DNA from: Candidatus Kerfeldbacteria bacterium
GTDB lineage: Bacteria > Patescibacteriota > Patescibacteriia > SBBC01 > CAIJZX01
Length of the DNA stretch: 64,000 nt
Direction of reading: 5' to 3'
NCBI GenBank assembly: GCA_963731735.1
Contig: CAVSWO010000002.1
Coordinates: 64,529-128,528 of the forward strand
Of the stretch, positions 49,176 through 59,148 are shown in pieces (position 1 is the first letter of the stretch; each line of letters starts with the position of its first letter). The notes beneath the pieces were generated by a model. The model was not told where the DNA came from and searched no databases. It saw nothing but the letters and a program-made list of their open reading frames with translations. Made by a program: the position numbers and the translations under genes.

Positions 49176-49468
49176 TATGCCGCCTGCCCACCGCGTCCTT
49201 TACGAATGTAAGCGGGCCTGATTCCCGATCCAAACAAAGCATCGGGGCTGCTGCGAAACTTTTCCGACACTCACGTGAAGCGTCTGAATGTTGAGAAGCA
49301 GTCTTTTGGCCGCTGGATGCGCCACAGCCGAATCCCACGGGATTCAGCGATTCAGCACTCCAAGGACAATGTATAGAACAACGATGGTGCAGAGCGACAG
49401 CTGCACTGTACGTCGTTTGGAAATTTTTAGCAAGAAAAAAGTCCGTGGTGTTACCCAAGGACTTTCAT
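49176..49468 (+). ncRNA. Candidate structured RNA downstream of tRNA-Pro
   Basis: Series of hairpins whose G-U pairs favour the plus strand; no convincing ORF. Confidence 0.35.
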
Positions 49469-49472
49469 CTGA

Positions 49473-49697
49473 TTACGGCCCCGCCAGGGGGACGATCAGG
49501 TGCGCGGCACCCGCCATTACTAACCCTAAGCCAATGACCAAGGGGAAGAGCGCGAATGGGCCGAATCGTCGACCTTGAAACGATACCAGGAGCAAAAATG
49601 CTCCCAAAATCATCAGGCCGTATTGGTTGGTGAAGGCCACCAACGGATCGAGATACGGAGTCGTTTCTATATTGAAACGATCAATTAAGGGTGTCAT
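49473..49697 (-). CDS. Small two-TM hypothetical protein
   Basis: Two hydrophobic segments; TTGACA-17-TAGAAT upstream. Confidence 0.6.
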   Translation of the reverse strand: MTPLIDRFNIETTPYLDPLVAFTNQYGLMILGAFLLLVSFQGRRFGPFALFPLVIGLGLVMAGAAHLIVPLAGP

Positions 49698-49862
49698 AGC
49701 CTTGGTTGGCTAGTGAGTAAGTATTGGGGATGTCAATGAGCGAAGGAGCTCGGGTGCGGAAGAGAGGGGGGTTGGAGGAAAGGGATGGATTCTACTCCCG
49801 AAGTCGCCGCCTGTCAACCGAACTAAAAAAGAGCCCGGGCGGGCTGGCGGGCGACGTTTGGA

Positions 49863-50321
49863 TTATCCGTTCACGTGCCGGGTTTCGGTTTTTTCGTACG
49901 AATGAAGCTCGTCGGGTTTGAAAAAGCGTTTGAGTTCAGCCGCCGCAGTTTCAGGCGCATCGGAGGCGTGAATCATATTCAAGGTTGGTTGGATTGAAAA
50001 ATCTCCGCGGATCGTACCCGGCGGCGCTTCAAAACCTTTGGTCGGACCAATCATGGTTCGCACCACACTGACCGCCTGCGGCCCTTCCAAGGCGATGGCG
50101 ATCACCGGCGTAGATTTCATAAACGCTTTGAGATCTTTGAAAAATCCCTTATCGGCATGGTGGGCGTAGTGCTCATCCAAGATGGCATCATCCAGCTGCG
50201 CCATCTTCATGCCGACAATTTGAAATCCTTTGCGCTCAAAACGATGCACGATCTCGCCGATGTATCCGCGCTGGATCGCATCCGGTTTAATCAGGACTAC
50301 TGTTCGTTCAACTTCAGCCAT
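49863..50321 (-). CDS. ndk: Nucleoside-diphosphate kinase
   Basis: IKPDAIQR, PGTIRGDF, N.IHASD. Confidence 0.97.
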   Translation of the reverse strand: MAEVERTVVLIKPDAIQRGYIGEIVHRFERKGFQIVGMKMAQLDDAILDEHYAHHADKGFFKDLKAFMKSTPVIAIALEGPQAVSVVRTMIGPTKGFEAPPGTIRGDFSIQPTLNMIHASDAPETAAAELKRFFKPDELHSYEKTETRHVNG

Positions 50322-50322
50322 A

Positions 50323-50706
50323 TTATTTTTGCTTCAACACGTCCCGAACTTTATTAACGACTTCGGCCGGGGTGTGGTTGGCTTTGACAAAATAATCCGT
50401 GGCGCCAAGTTCTTTGCCCTTCTTAATATCTTCGTCCTGACCCAAGTTGGTCAGCAAAATTACCGGCGTGTCTTTGGTCGCCTCATCGTTCCGCAATTTC
50501 TGCAACACCGCAAAGCCATCTAACTTTGGCATGATGATATCCAGTAAAATAATATCCGGTTTGACGTCCTTGGCCATCTCGTATCCGGCGGCGCCATCGT
50601 AGGCTTTATTGGTCTTAAAGCCTTCCATGGTAAATTTGGTGGCGTACATATCAGCCAGCATTTTTTCATCTTCGACCAGGAGTACGGAGGTCTGTTTTTC
50701 AGTCAT
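50323..50706 (-). CDS. Single-domain response regulator
   Basis: LLVED, LLDIIMP.LDG, LTN, K. Confidence 0.93.
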   Translation of the reverse strand: MTEKQTSVLLVEDEKMLADMYATKFTMEGFKTNKAYDGAAGYEMAKDVKPDIILLDIIMPKLDGFAVLQKLRNDEATKDTPVILLTNLGQDEDIKKGKELGATDYFVKANHTPAEVVNKVRDVLKQK

Positions 50707-50737
50707 AGGGAAAGGATAGCAGTATTTTGGCGGGTTT

Positions 50738-52192
50738 TCAAGCGGCTGGGCGTTGGGTGTGCCAATCGGTTACCGCTTGGTAGGCCTGGCCGATTTGGAA
50801 CAACCGGCTCTCGTTCCAAGCCCGAGTCATCAGTTGAAAGCCGACCGGCAGACCGTCAATGAATCCGGCCGGCAGCGACATGGCCGGGATACCTGCCAAG
50901 TTTGCCGGCACGGTATATAAATCGGCCAAGTACATAGTTAGCGGGTCCTGGGTTTTTGAACCACGGGCGAAGGGGGTGCTGGGCGTGGTTGGGGTTAACA
51001 GCACATCAACCTGGTCAAAGGCCTGGTGTAACTCTTCGGTGATGATACTGCGAACCAAGTTAGCGCGGTGATAATAGGCGTCGGCGTAACCGGCCGATAA
51101 ACTGAACGTTCCGAGCATAATTCGGCGCTTGGTCTCGGGTCCGAATCCGGCGGCTCGAGTATGGCGATATATCTCTTCCAAGCTAGATCCGTCACGCACC
51201 GATAATCCGTAGCGGATGCCATCGAAGCGGGCTAGGTTCGAACTGGCTTCGGCCGGTTGCAGTACATAATACGTCGCCAAGGCATCAGCCGCGTGCGGAA
51301 CGTGGACCTCAACCAGCCTGGCGCCCAGTTTTTCATATTCGGCCGCGGCCGCTCGGACTATTTTTTCAACCTTCGGATCTAAGCCTTGACCAAAAAATTC
51401 AACTGGTAATCCAATCCGGATATTATTCAACGGTTGATTGATGGCGACCAGTGGATCATCCACGGCTTCGCGGCTGGAAGTCATGTCACAATCATCCTGG
51501 CCGGCCATGGCCTGATAGACGCGGGCCGCGTCGTCTACCCGCCGACTGAACGGTCCGATTTGGTCAAGCGAAGAAGCGAGCGCTATCAATCCATACCGGG
51601 AAACGCGACCGTACGTAGGCTTCATGCCTACCACGCCGCAAAAAGCCGCCGGCTGACGAATCGAACCGCCCGTATCTGATCCAATCGCCACCGGCGCTAG
51701 ATCGGCGGCCACGGCCGCAGCCGAACCTCCCGAGGATCCGCCCGGCACCATCGCCGGGTTCCAAGGATTTTTTGTTTCACCCAGGGCTGAATTTTCCGTC
51801 GAAGTACCCATCGCGAATTCATCCATATTCGTTTTGCCCAGGACGATCGCACCGGCCGCTTGCAATCGGGCCACCGCCGTCGCGGTGTAGACTGCGGTAT
51901 ACTGCGCTAAAATTTTCGAGGCCGCGGTCGTGACTTCCCCTTGCATCAGTAAATTATCTTTGACGGCTATCGGAATACCTTCCAACGGACGGAGTGGCAG
52001 TCCATCCGCCAGCCGAGCGTCAACCGCTTGAGCTTCCTGAGCCGCCGTTTCGCGGATTCGTAAATAAGCCCCGATAGTCTTATCGGTTGTCTGGATACGT
52101 TCCAAATAGGCTTGGACCACATCGCCGCACGACCAGTCTTTCCGTTGGTAGCCTTGCTGCAATTCCTGAATGGAGGCTTCGGTTGGGTTCAT
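50738..52192 (-). CDS. gatA: Asp/Glu-tRNA amidotransferase subunit A
   Basis: KTNMDEFAMG, GGSSGGS, SDTGGSIRQP. Confidence 0.97.
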   Translation of the reverse strand: MNPTEASIQELQQGYQRKDWSCGDVVQAYLERIQTTDKTIGAYLRIRETAAQEAQAVDARLADGLPLRPLEGIPIAVKDNLLMQGEVTTAASKILAQYTAVYTATAVARLQAAGAIVLGKTNMDEFAMGTSTENSALGETKNPWNPAMVPGGSSGGSAAAVAADLAPVAIGSDTGGSIRQPAAFCGVVGMKPTYGRVSRYGLIALASSLDQIGPFSRRVDDAARVYQAMAGQDDCDMTSSREAVDDPLVAINQPLNNIRIGLPVEFFGQGLDPKVEKIVRAAAAEYEKLGARLVEVHVPHAADALATYYVLQPAEASSNLARFDGIRYGLSVRDGSSLEEIYRHTRAAGFGPETKRRIMLGTFSLSAGYADAYYHRANLVRSIITEELHQAFDQVDVLLTPTTPSTPFARGSKTQDPLTMYLADLYTVPANLAGIPAMSLPAGFIDGLPVGFQLMTRAWNESRLFQIGQAYQAVTDWHTQRPAA

Positions 52193-52467
52193 GCAAAGAC
52201 CGCCTTGACTTTCCAAAAATCATCCTGCCGTTCAGGCGCCTCCGATAAAATCCGGTCCACTACCCGACTGACGGCGGCCTGGTCGGGACGGAGCTGAGCG
52301 GCCGGTCGGTCGATCGCCCCGGGATTAATCGCCTCGACTTTTTGCAGCTGACCCACGTAATCCAAAATTTTTTCGATTTGATTCGGAAAGGCTTGCGTTT
52401 CGTCGGAAGTCAGCTCGAGTCGAGCCAAGGCGGCTAAATTCGAGACGTCGGGTACAGCTGAGGACAT
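52189..52467 (-). CDS. gatC: Asp/Glu-tRNA amidotransferase subunit C
   Basis: LAALARL...ILDYV..L...LRPD...KVKAVF; overlaps gatA start. Confidence 0.9.
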   Translation of the reverse strand: MSSAVPDVSNLAALARLELTSDETQAFPNQIEKILDYVGQLQKVEAINPGAIDRPAAQLRPDQAAVSRVVDRILSEAPERQDDFWKVKAVFA

Positions 52468-52529
52468 GCCCGTATGGTACCAGGCGCGTGGCCGGTTGAC
52501 AATCGTCCGAACCTGCCGCAGACTAGAGG

Positions 52530-52707
52530 CGCTCTTCAAATCTTCGGTGCGGTACCGACAGTTGGGACTGGAAGTGGGGACCTCCTCCCGATTGTACGGG
52601 TGCTGGGCTGCACCCAGGGCCGCACCGAGCTTGGCCCGCCTCTTGCGTTGGATACTCCGGTCTTCGCCTTCGTGCGACACCAGGGGGTCCACGGAGGCGG
52701 GCTTTTT
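52530..52707 (+). ncRNA. Candidate structured ncRNA between gatC and ligA
   Basis: TTGACA(52496)-17-CAGACT; three-way junction then long hairpin ending in T5. Confidence 0.6.
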
Positions 52708-52708
52708 C

Positions 52709-54739
52709 TTACCGGTTGAGAAGTTTTTGCAAGGCCGCTTCGGTCAACACCGGGACATTGAGCGAACGAGCCTTGGCCAATTTTGATCCCGGCGCTTCAC
52801 CGGCCACCAAATAGCTGGTTTTTTTTGAAACGCTGTTGACCACTTTGCCGCCGGCTTCGCGTATCGCCTGGTGCGCTTGTTCCCGCGTCATGCTGGCCAA
52901 GCTCCCAGTCACCACCACAGACTTTCCCTGTAAGGGTCCGCCCTGGGCAGCGGCGACCCGCGTACCGCTGACTTGTTTCGCTAAATTACGAACCAGGGCT
53001 CGATGGTCTGGGTCAGCAAAGAATTCAGCGATACTGGCCGCCACCACATCCCCAATATCATTCAGGCGCTCCAAGTTTTCGGGTTTGGCCGTTTGCAGCG
53101 CTGACAGAGTACCGAAATGCTGGGCCAAGGTCCGGGCGGTTTCTTCGCCGACGTGACGGATACCTAGGGCGAAAATAAGTCGATTGAGCGGAACGTGGCG
53201 ACGGGCTTGAATAGCCGCGATAACTTTGGCTGATTTTTTATCGGCAAAAAGCGGCAATCCGACCAGATCGGATTCGGTGAGGGTAAATAAATCCGCCGGC
53301 TGTTGCACCAGCCGTTCGTCGACCAGCATGTCAATCGTGCTTGGTCCGAGGCCGTCAATGTCCAAGCCGTGTTTGGATACAAAGTGGTAAAGACGCTCGC
53401 GGTGTTGGGCCGGACAATCACGATTCACGCAGTAAGTAATTGCCTCCCCGGCTTTGCGCTTGACCGGTTGGTGACAAACCGGACAGCGGGTCGGCATCGT
53501 CCAGGCCTGCGTGTGCGCCGGTCGTAAATCGGGTAAGACTTTCATCACCTCGGGAATAATATCGCCGGCCTTTTGAATAATGACGGTATCTCCCACCCGA
53601 ACATCCAAGCGCTGAATTTCATCCGCGTTATGTAAGGTCGCGCGCGCGACGGTCGTACCGGCGATTTGGACCGGCCGTAAATGCGCGACCGGCGTCAGGG
53701 CTCCGGTCCGGCCAACCTGCACATCTATCGCTTCTACGACGGTGGTGGCCTGCTCGGCGGAAAATTTCCAAGCCACGGCCGCTCGCGGCGTCTTGCCGAC
53801 GAAGCCGAGTGTCTGACTGAGTTTGCGCTGATTGAGCTTGACCACCACGCCGTCGATCCAAAACGGAAGTTGCTGGCGCTTCTGTTCGGTTTGGAGATAG
53901 AAGCGTTGAATTTTTTCAAGATTTGCAGAGACCGCTGTCAGGGGATTTACCCGCAGGCCAAATTGTTTGAGTAACGCGTAACTTTCTTCCAGCGTCGCCT
54001 GGCCGAGGTCAGTCACGAGTTCCCAGGCGTAAAACTGCAAATTGCGGCTGGCGGTGATAGCCGGGTCGAGTTGCCGCAGGCTGCCGGCCGCCACATTGCG
54101 CGGGTTCGCGTAAACCGGTTTGCCGGCTTTTTTCTGTTGGCGATTCAGCGCCTCGAAGTCCGCTTTATGCATGACCACCTCGCCCCGGATTATGACCGTC
54201 CCGGTTTCGACTTGCCGGCGAACGTTTGACGGCAGGCCGCGCGTACGCAACCCTAAGGGAATGGCTTCCATGGTTTTCAGATTGGCGGTGACATCCTCAC
54301 CCACCTGCCCATCACCGCGAGTCGCACCGGATACCAGCAGGCCCTGCCGGTAGGTCAGGCTAATCGCCAGCCCGTCCAACTTTGCATCAACCAGGTACTT
54401 GGTGGTGGCTTCCGGTCGCAGCTTACGCCAGCGCGTATCCCATTCCTGTAATTCTTCAAAGGAAAAAACGTCGGTCAAAGAAAACATCCGGACGGGGTGT
54501 GAAACTTTCTTAAACTCCGGCCGGGCCTGGCCGGCGACACGCTGGGACGGGGAATCCGGAGTGATCAGTTCGGGATACTCGGCTTCAATTTGTTGCAGTT
54601 CGTGTTTGAGTGAGTCAAGGGCCGCTTCGGAAATTTCCTGACGGTCTTCAACGTGCGTCAAGTAACGATGATGATCGATCGTTGCTCGCAATTTCTTGAG
54701 GCGGAGTTCCGCTTCGCGTTTCGTCAGGCTGGGTTTCAT
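52709..54739 (-). CDS. ligA: NAD-dependent DNA ligase
   Basis: KLDG, TRGDG..GEDVT, NPRN, C4 zinc finger, BRCT. Confidence 0.98.
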   Translation of the reverse strand: MKPSLTKREAELRLKKLRATIDHHRYLTHVEDRQEISEAALDSLKHELQQIEAEYPELITPDSPSQRVAGQARPEFKKVSHPVRMFSLTDVFSFEELQEWDTRWRKLRPEATTKYLVDAKLDGLAISLTYRQGLLVSGATRGDGQVGEDVTANLKTMEAIPLGLRTRGLPSNVRRQVETGTVIIRGEVVMHKADFEALNRQQKKAGKPVYANPRNVAAGSLRQLDPAITASRNLQFYAWELVTDLGQATLEESYALLKQFGLRVNPLTAVSANLEKIQRFYLQTEQKRQQLPFWIDGVVVKLNQRKLSQTLGFVGKTPRAAVAWKFSAEQATTVVEAIDVQVGRTGALTPVAHLRPVQIAGTTVARATLHNADEIQRLDVRVGDTVIIQKAGDIIPEVMKVLPDLRPAHTQAWTMPTRCPVCHQPVKRKAGEAITYCVNRDCPAQHRERLYHFVSKHGLDIDGLGPSTIDMLVDERLVQQPADLFTLTESDLVGLPLFADKKSAKVIAAIQARRHVPLNRLIFALGIRHVGEETARTLAQHFGTLSALQTAKPENLERLNDIGDVVAASIAEFFADPDHRALVRNLAKQVSGTRVAAAQGGPLQGKSVVVTGSLASMTREQAHQAIREAGGKVVNSVSKKTSYLVAGEAPGSKLAKARSLNVPVLTEAALQKLLNR

Positions 54740-54754
54740 GCTAGGCTATGGCGT

Positions 54755-55582
54755 ATGCGTTGGATTTGGATAAGTGGCGTGAGTATACTGTTCGGGCTCG
54801 TACTGTGGTGGTTCGGTCGCGGCTGGATGGCCGACCGGTGGTCGGCGGTTGCCGATCGATCACGACAAACGACCGAGCAGTTTTTGGTAATTGGCGACAC
54901 CCACGGCGTCAATCCAATCTACCAACAAATGGTGTCTGAGGTACGTGATCGGCCCTACCGATTTCTGCTGCACCTGGCGGACGCGTCGGAAGACGGTACG
55001 GCGGAGGAGTTTTCGGCGGTCCGGATGCTTGAAGCGCAGCTCCACTTTCCAGTGTACCATACGGTCGGCAACCACGACATTGCCAGCGATCCTACTCGCC
55101 GACTGTTTACGACCGCCTTTCAGCAAGCCGCCTGGGGCAGCTGGACGATCGGATCCGTCCGGTTGATTATCCTTGATAACGCCGACCGCAAAGTCGGTTT
55201 TTCGTCAGACCAACTGGATTGGCTTGAAACCGAATTGGCCAAACCCCATGCGGGTCCCACCATCTTGGCCTATCATCGTCCTTTCGATTTACCGCTCGCC
55301 GATGTACTGGGTGACGATGAAACCGCCGCCTCGCGGGCGACCAATCAACGCTTGGTAGCCATCCTGCAAACCCACCCGGTTGATTACATATTTACTGGCC
55401 ATCTTCATACCTATCTCGAATACACGGTCGCGGGCATCCCGGCCGTGGTCAGCGGGGGTGGCGGCGATCCGGCCCAAGCCGTCCTGGGCGGACCAAAAAA
55501 TAATTTGTTCCACTATTTGATCGTGACCGTCACCGGGCAGAATCTCCAGGTTGACGTTCGGCACATTCAGCTTACGGAATAA
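54755..55582 (+). CDS. Membrane-anchored metallophosphoesterase
   Basis: GDTH, GNHD, H.P, GHLH. Confidence 0.88.
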   Translation: MRWIWISGVSILFGLVLWWFGRGWMADRWSAVADRSRQTTEQFLVIGDTHGVNPIYQQMVSEVRDRPYRFLLHLADASEDGTAEEFSAVRMLEAQLHFPVYHTVGNHDIASDPTRRLFTTAFQQAAWGSWTIGSVRLIILDNADRKVGFSSDQLDWLETELAKPHAGPTILAYHRPFDLPLADVLGDDETAASRATNQRLVAILQTHPVDYIFTGHLHTYLEYTVAGIPAVVSGGGGDPAQAVLGGPKNNLFHYLIVTVTGQNLQVDVRHIQLTE

Positions 55583-56465
55583 TATTGTCTTCCGAAAAAA
55601 CCACGTAGCGCAGTAGACCCGAAACCGGTGGCTGCCAGAAGACGCGGGCGGTTTTAAGCGATTGGACGCGGTTATTACTGCTGCCCGCCTGGCCGGTGCT
55701 GGTCAGCAGGATCCGACTTGGGACTATCGCATTACTGCTGCATGGTGCAGTTTCGTCATCGCAGGGACTGGCAATTACATTCGTTAAATCACCGTTGACA
55801 GCTCTCAGTTGGATGCGATAGCCCAGTAAGCTCCCCCCGGTAAATGATTCAACTTTATCGCTTTGGTTGTTCTTCACATCCGAAAGATTAATATTTTGTC
55901 CGCTGCCCGAATAACTGTTGCCACCTGACTCTTGCAACACAATCCGGTTGCCGAACCCGGTACCGGCAGTCTTATCAATCAGTGTCCAGGTTACTTCTAA
56001 AAGCGCTCCGCACCCGTTGGTCGGGCAAGCCGCCTGCAGGCTAAGTCGATGGGGCGCGGTGTTCGTTCCATACCCGAGGAGGTCAATTTGCACCGTCTTA
56101 CCATTCGGAAGCTCATCGACGCTGATCGGTTGCGCGTCCTCCGCGCCGGTTACGGAGACCGTCGCCGCATCAGATAGTCCATTCAGTGGCGTTGATCCAA
56201 TCGCGGTCTCGCCAACGGTCGTTAGGTAACCTAGGCCAGTCGACCGGCCGGTTTTTATAACGGCCAGACCCCGCTCAATCCCGCTATCAGCAGCCAGTGA
56301 GGCTAGGATAAAATTGTCCAGGTTCCGTGCCTGCGTTATCGTCCGATTGATGATGACCGAAATGGCGATAGTCGAGGCGGTCACGGTCGCCATCAAAATT
56401 AAGGCCAGCAGCATGACAATGGCCGGACGTTCGGACGTAAATTGATGGCCTAGCTTATTGCGCAT
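55572..56465 (-). CDS. PilX-like minor pilin
   Basis: Hydrophobic N-terminus, A.LAADSGIE.GL, ILLTSTG; last gene of pilin cluster. Confidence 0.75.
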   Translation of the reverse strand: MRNKLGHQFTSERPAIVMLLALILMATVTASTIAISVIINRTITQARNLDNFILASLAADSGIERGLAVIKTGRSTGLGYLTTVGETAIGSTPLNGLSDAATVSVTGAEDAQPISVDELPNGKTVQIDLLGYGTNTAPHRLSLQAACPTNGCGALLEVTWTLIDKTAGTGFGNRIVLQESGGNSYSGSGQNINLSDVKNNQSDKVESFTGGSLLGYRIQLRAVNGDLTNVIASPCDDETAPCSSNAIVPSRILLTSTGQAGSSNNRVQSLKTARVFWQPPVSGLLRYVVFSEDNIIP

Positions 56466-57171
56466 AAATTCGGCTTGTGGCGGTTGTTTGCAGCGTAATA
56501 TCGGCCTGCTCGCCCGGTCCGGTATTGGTTGATCTGGTGTGGAGAGTAATTGTCACCTCTGGTTGCGTTACGGCGTTTTTACAGACGGTGGGTGGGGGTG
56601 TCACATCGGTGGCCACACAGCGCTGATCGAGATAACAAGAGCTATTGTCGGTTCCGACAGTAGTACAAGTGCAAACACCATTAACGTCATAATTACCAGC
56701 CCGGCAGTCCCCGGCTGCCGTCGGGACCGGTCGATAGGGGTTCGATTTTGGAATTATTCGTAAGCCGAAATTCAGGACCTGTAAATCATCCGGCGTTAGT
56801 TGCGTCCCGCCGGTGCAGTTCGAACCGCTGACCGCCGACTGAAAGAGTTTTTGATTTGCCAGGTAGTAACAGGTTGAGCTGTTATCACTGTTGCGAACCG
56901 CCAGCTCTCGCGGAACGTAATTAGGATTAGTCGACATTGTATTGGCATCATAATAGGTATAGTCGATGGAACCCAATCGGACGCTGCGGGCCAAGGATTC
57001 CAAGACATAGCGTCCGTCAGCCGCCACCCGTTGCCGAGCCAAGATGCCGCGTTGGTAGGCCTGGATATTCGTAAAGGCGGTGGTGCCGACCAGAAAGATA
57101 ATCGAAAAAACCGCCGTTACAACTAACAGTTCAATCAGGGTAAAGCCGGCGCGATGGTTATTGCCAATCAT
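56455..57171 (-). CDS. PilW-like minor pilin
   Basis: G|FTLIELLVV; QPEVTI...LQTT.TSR. Confidence 0.85.
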   Translation of the reverse strand: MIGNNHRAGFTLIELLVVTAVFSIIFLVGTTAFTNIQAYQRGILARQRVAADGRYVLESLARSVRLGSIDYTYYDANTMSTNPNYVPRELAVRNSDNSSTCYYLANQKLFQSAVSGSNCTGGTQLTPDDLQVLNFGLRIIPKSNPYRPVPTAAGDCRAGNYDVNGVCTCTTVGTDNSSCYLDQRCVATDVTPPPTVCKNAVTQPEVTITLHTRSTNTGPGEQADITLQTTATSRIYAQ

Positions 57172-57792
57172 AGAGACGTTCTTGAGCGGTTATCGATTTA
57201 TTGCCGGTTCGATCGGTCCAGGTTACTTTTGAGGCAACATCCAGATAGGTGATGGTACGACTTGAATCTGGATCGGCAAGTATTTGATCGTTCGGGTACC
57301 GATTTGATCGTAATCGTCCGCTGATAACGCGAAGGGGTGCAACCTGGACAGGGCGTGTCTGCCAGGACGTACGTTGCGTGAATACCTGGTGATCGATCTC
57401 GGATCATAGTAAATTCGGGTGTCTGCGGTATCCGTTTTAAGTTCCCAGCCGGTTGATTTCAAGACTGCAACATAAATTCCGGTCCCATCGCCAAGCGGAA
57501 TGTATCCGTCATCGATCCTTCCGGTGTCATCCCATTTAGTGGTTGTCCTGTTATTAGGGTCCGTCGGATGAATATCAGCCACGTTCTGGTCGCGGCGAAT
57601 CCAGTTACTGTCACGAATGCCGCGAACTATTTCAATTCCTTCACGCGCAAAATTAGCGGCTTCGACCCGACTTTGGGTGACCCGGCCGGCGGTAATCGTT
57701 GACACAATCAGGGTCATCGACCCGACCACGGCCGCAATGATCACGCCGATGGCGATCACCATTTCTAGGAAGGTTTGACCGGAGCGGTGCAT
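57158..57792 (-). pseudogene. PilV-like minor pilin with two frameshifts (~57395, ~57293; possible assembly errors)
   Basis: G|QTFLEMVIA, AREGIE.VR.IRDSNW; YQRTITI and V.SKVTW...ERLYDWQ lie in other frames. Confidence 0.75.
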
Positions 57793-58397
57793 TAGGGGCA
57801 AGTGGCTAATTGACGGCGATTGACCGTGCCGGAATCGCCGATGATGCTTATACTGTAGCACAAATTCGCCTTGGTTTGCTTGAAGGTGATGGTGGCTTTG
57901 GAGGTATTAGGATTAGCTAGCGGTAAAAAGGTCAGCACCACATTCCCGTTCGGGACTTGATACACGGCGTGCACGACCGAGGCAACGTTGTCGTCACCAT
58001 CCGTAATCCCGACTACTTCAACATCCTGTGGCAGAGCTTTCAGCGCAATGGTCGAATCGTTAGTGTCCCAACTATTGGCGGTATCCCCCGGCAGATCGGC
58101 AAACATCATGTAGTTGAGTTTATAGACTGGGTTCGTAGCGGACGGGCTGGATCCAACCCGAAACCACATTCCATATCCGGCTGGCAAGGATGCACCAGTC
58201 AACACACCTGACTGCGCATTGGATTGCATGTCCTGCAGGTCGATTTGGGCTTGAGCCACCGCCGCTTTGACCGAATCCCGTTCGCGTTGATTCGCAAAAG
58301 ACACAAAGACAATCGAGGTTAGAATCCCAATAATCGCGATGCTCACCAATAGCTCAACCAGGGTGAAACCGGGTTTGGAGTTAGCGGAAAATCGCAT
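57792..58397 (-). CDS. FimT/FimU-like minor pilin
   Basis: G|FTLVELLVSIAIIG. Confidence 0.85.
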   Translation of the reverse strand: MRFSANSKPGFTLVELLVSIAIIGILTSIVFVSFANQRERDSVKAAVAQAQIDLQDMQSNAQSGVLTGASLPAGYGMWFRVGSSPSATNPVYKLNYMMFADLPGDTANSWDTNDSTIALKALPQDVEVVGITDGDDNVASVVHAVYQVPNGNVVLTFLPLANPNTSKATITFKQTKANLCYSISIIGDSGTVNRRQLATCP

Positions 58398-59148
58398 GCG
58401 CAAAATACCAATCAATAATCTGTCCGCCCCACAGCCAGGCCACGAATCCGCCGGCCATCAAATACGGACCGAAGGCGATCGAACTTTGGCTGCCGGCCCG
58501 CTTGGTCAGGAGCAGCACTATGGCCACCAGGGCGCCGGCAAAATAGGCTAGCATCAATCCCAAACCGAGCATTCTCCAGCCGAGCAAAATCCCGAGCGCC
58601 AGGCCGAGCAAGACATCACCGCTGCCAACCCAACGCCGCCCGGACAACACGAACTGAGCGCCAAAGAAGGCGCCACCGGCCAAAGCGCCAAACACAATAT
58701 CCGTCAGCGATAGTCCGGTCAGCCAAGCCGTCAACAGCGCGGCCACCCCAAAACTGAACGTAAACCCATCCGGAATGACCGACCAACGCGCGTCGTAGAC
58801 CACGATTAAAATCATGGTGCTGACGGTCATCAAAGCGGCCACCACGGCCCAGCTGTTTCCCAAGGCTTGCCAAACCGCTACCCAGCCGAAACCCGACAAC
58901 AATTCAACTAGCAAGTACTGCCAACTCAATCGGCGCTGACAATGCCGACAACGGCCCCGCTGCACCAGGTAGCTAAAAACCGGGATCATTTCCCACCAAG
59001 CCAACGGCGCGTTGCAGTGCGGACAATGCGAGCGGCCGGCTATAAACGATTGCTGGTGCTTGGTCCGCAGAATCACCACGTTTAAAAAACTGCCGACGGC
59101 GATGCCGAACAAGAAGACGATCGGCAGTAATTCTGGACTGGTGAACAT
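58381..59148 (-). CDS. pilD: Prepilin peptidase
   Basis: GSFLNV, two CxxC, YD, G.GD, FGPYL. Confidence 0.93.
   Translation of the reverse strand: MFTSPELLPIVFLFGIAVGSFLNVVILRTKHQQSFIAGRSHCPHCNAPLAWWEMIPVFSYLVQRGRCRHCQRRLSWQYLLVELLSGFGWVAVWQALGNSWAVVAALMTVSTMILIVVYDARWSVIPDGFTFSFGVAALLTAWLTGLSLTDIVFGALAGGAFFGAQFVLSGRRWVGSGDVLLGLALGILLGWRMLGLGLMLAYFAGALVAIVLLLTKRAGSQSSIAFGPYLMAGGFVAWLWGGQIIDWYFAHAIFR

Noticed and set aside
52468-52692. Extended gatC N-terminus (167 aa call)
   Set aside because: GatC similarity starts at MSSAVPD with a -10 box 6 nt upstream; the extension is antisense to the ncRNA candidate.
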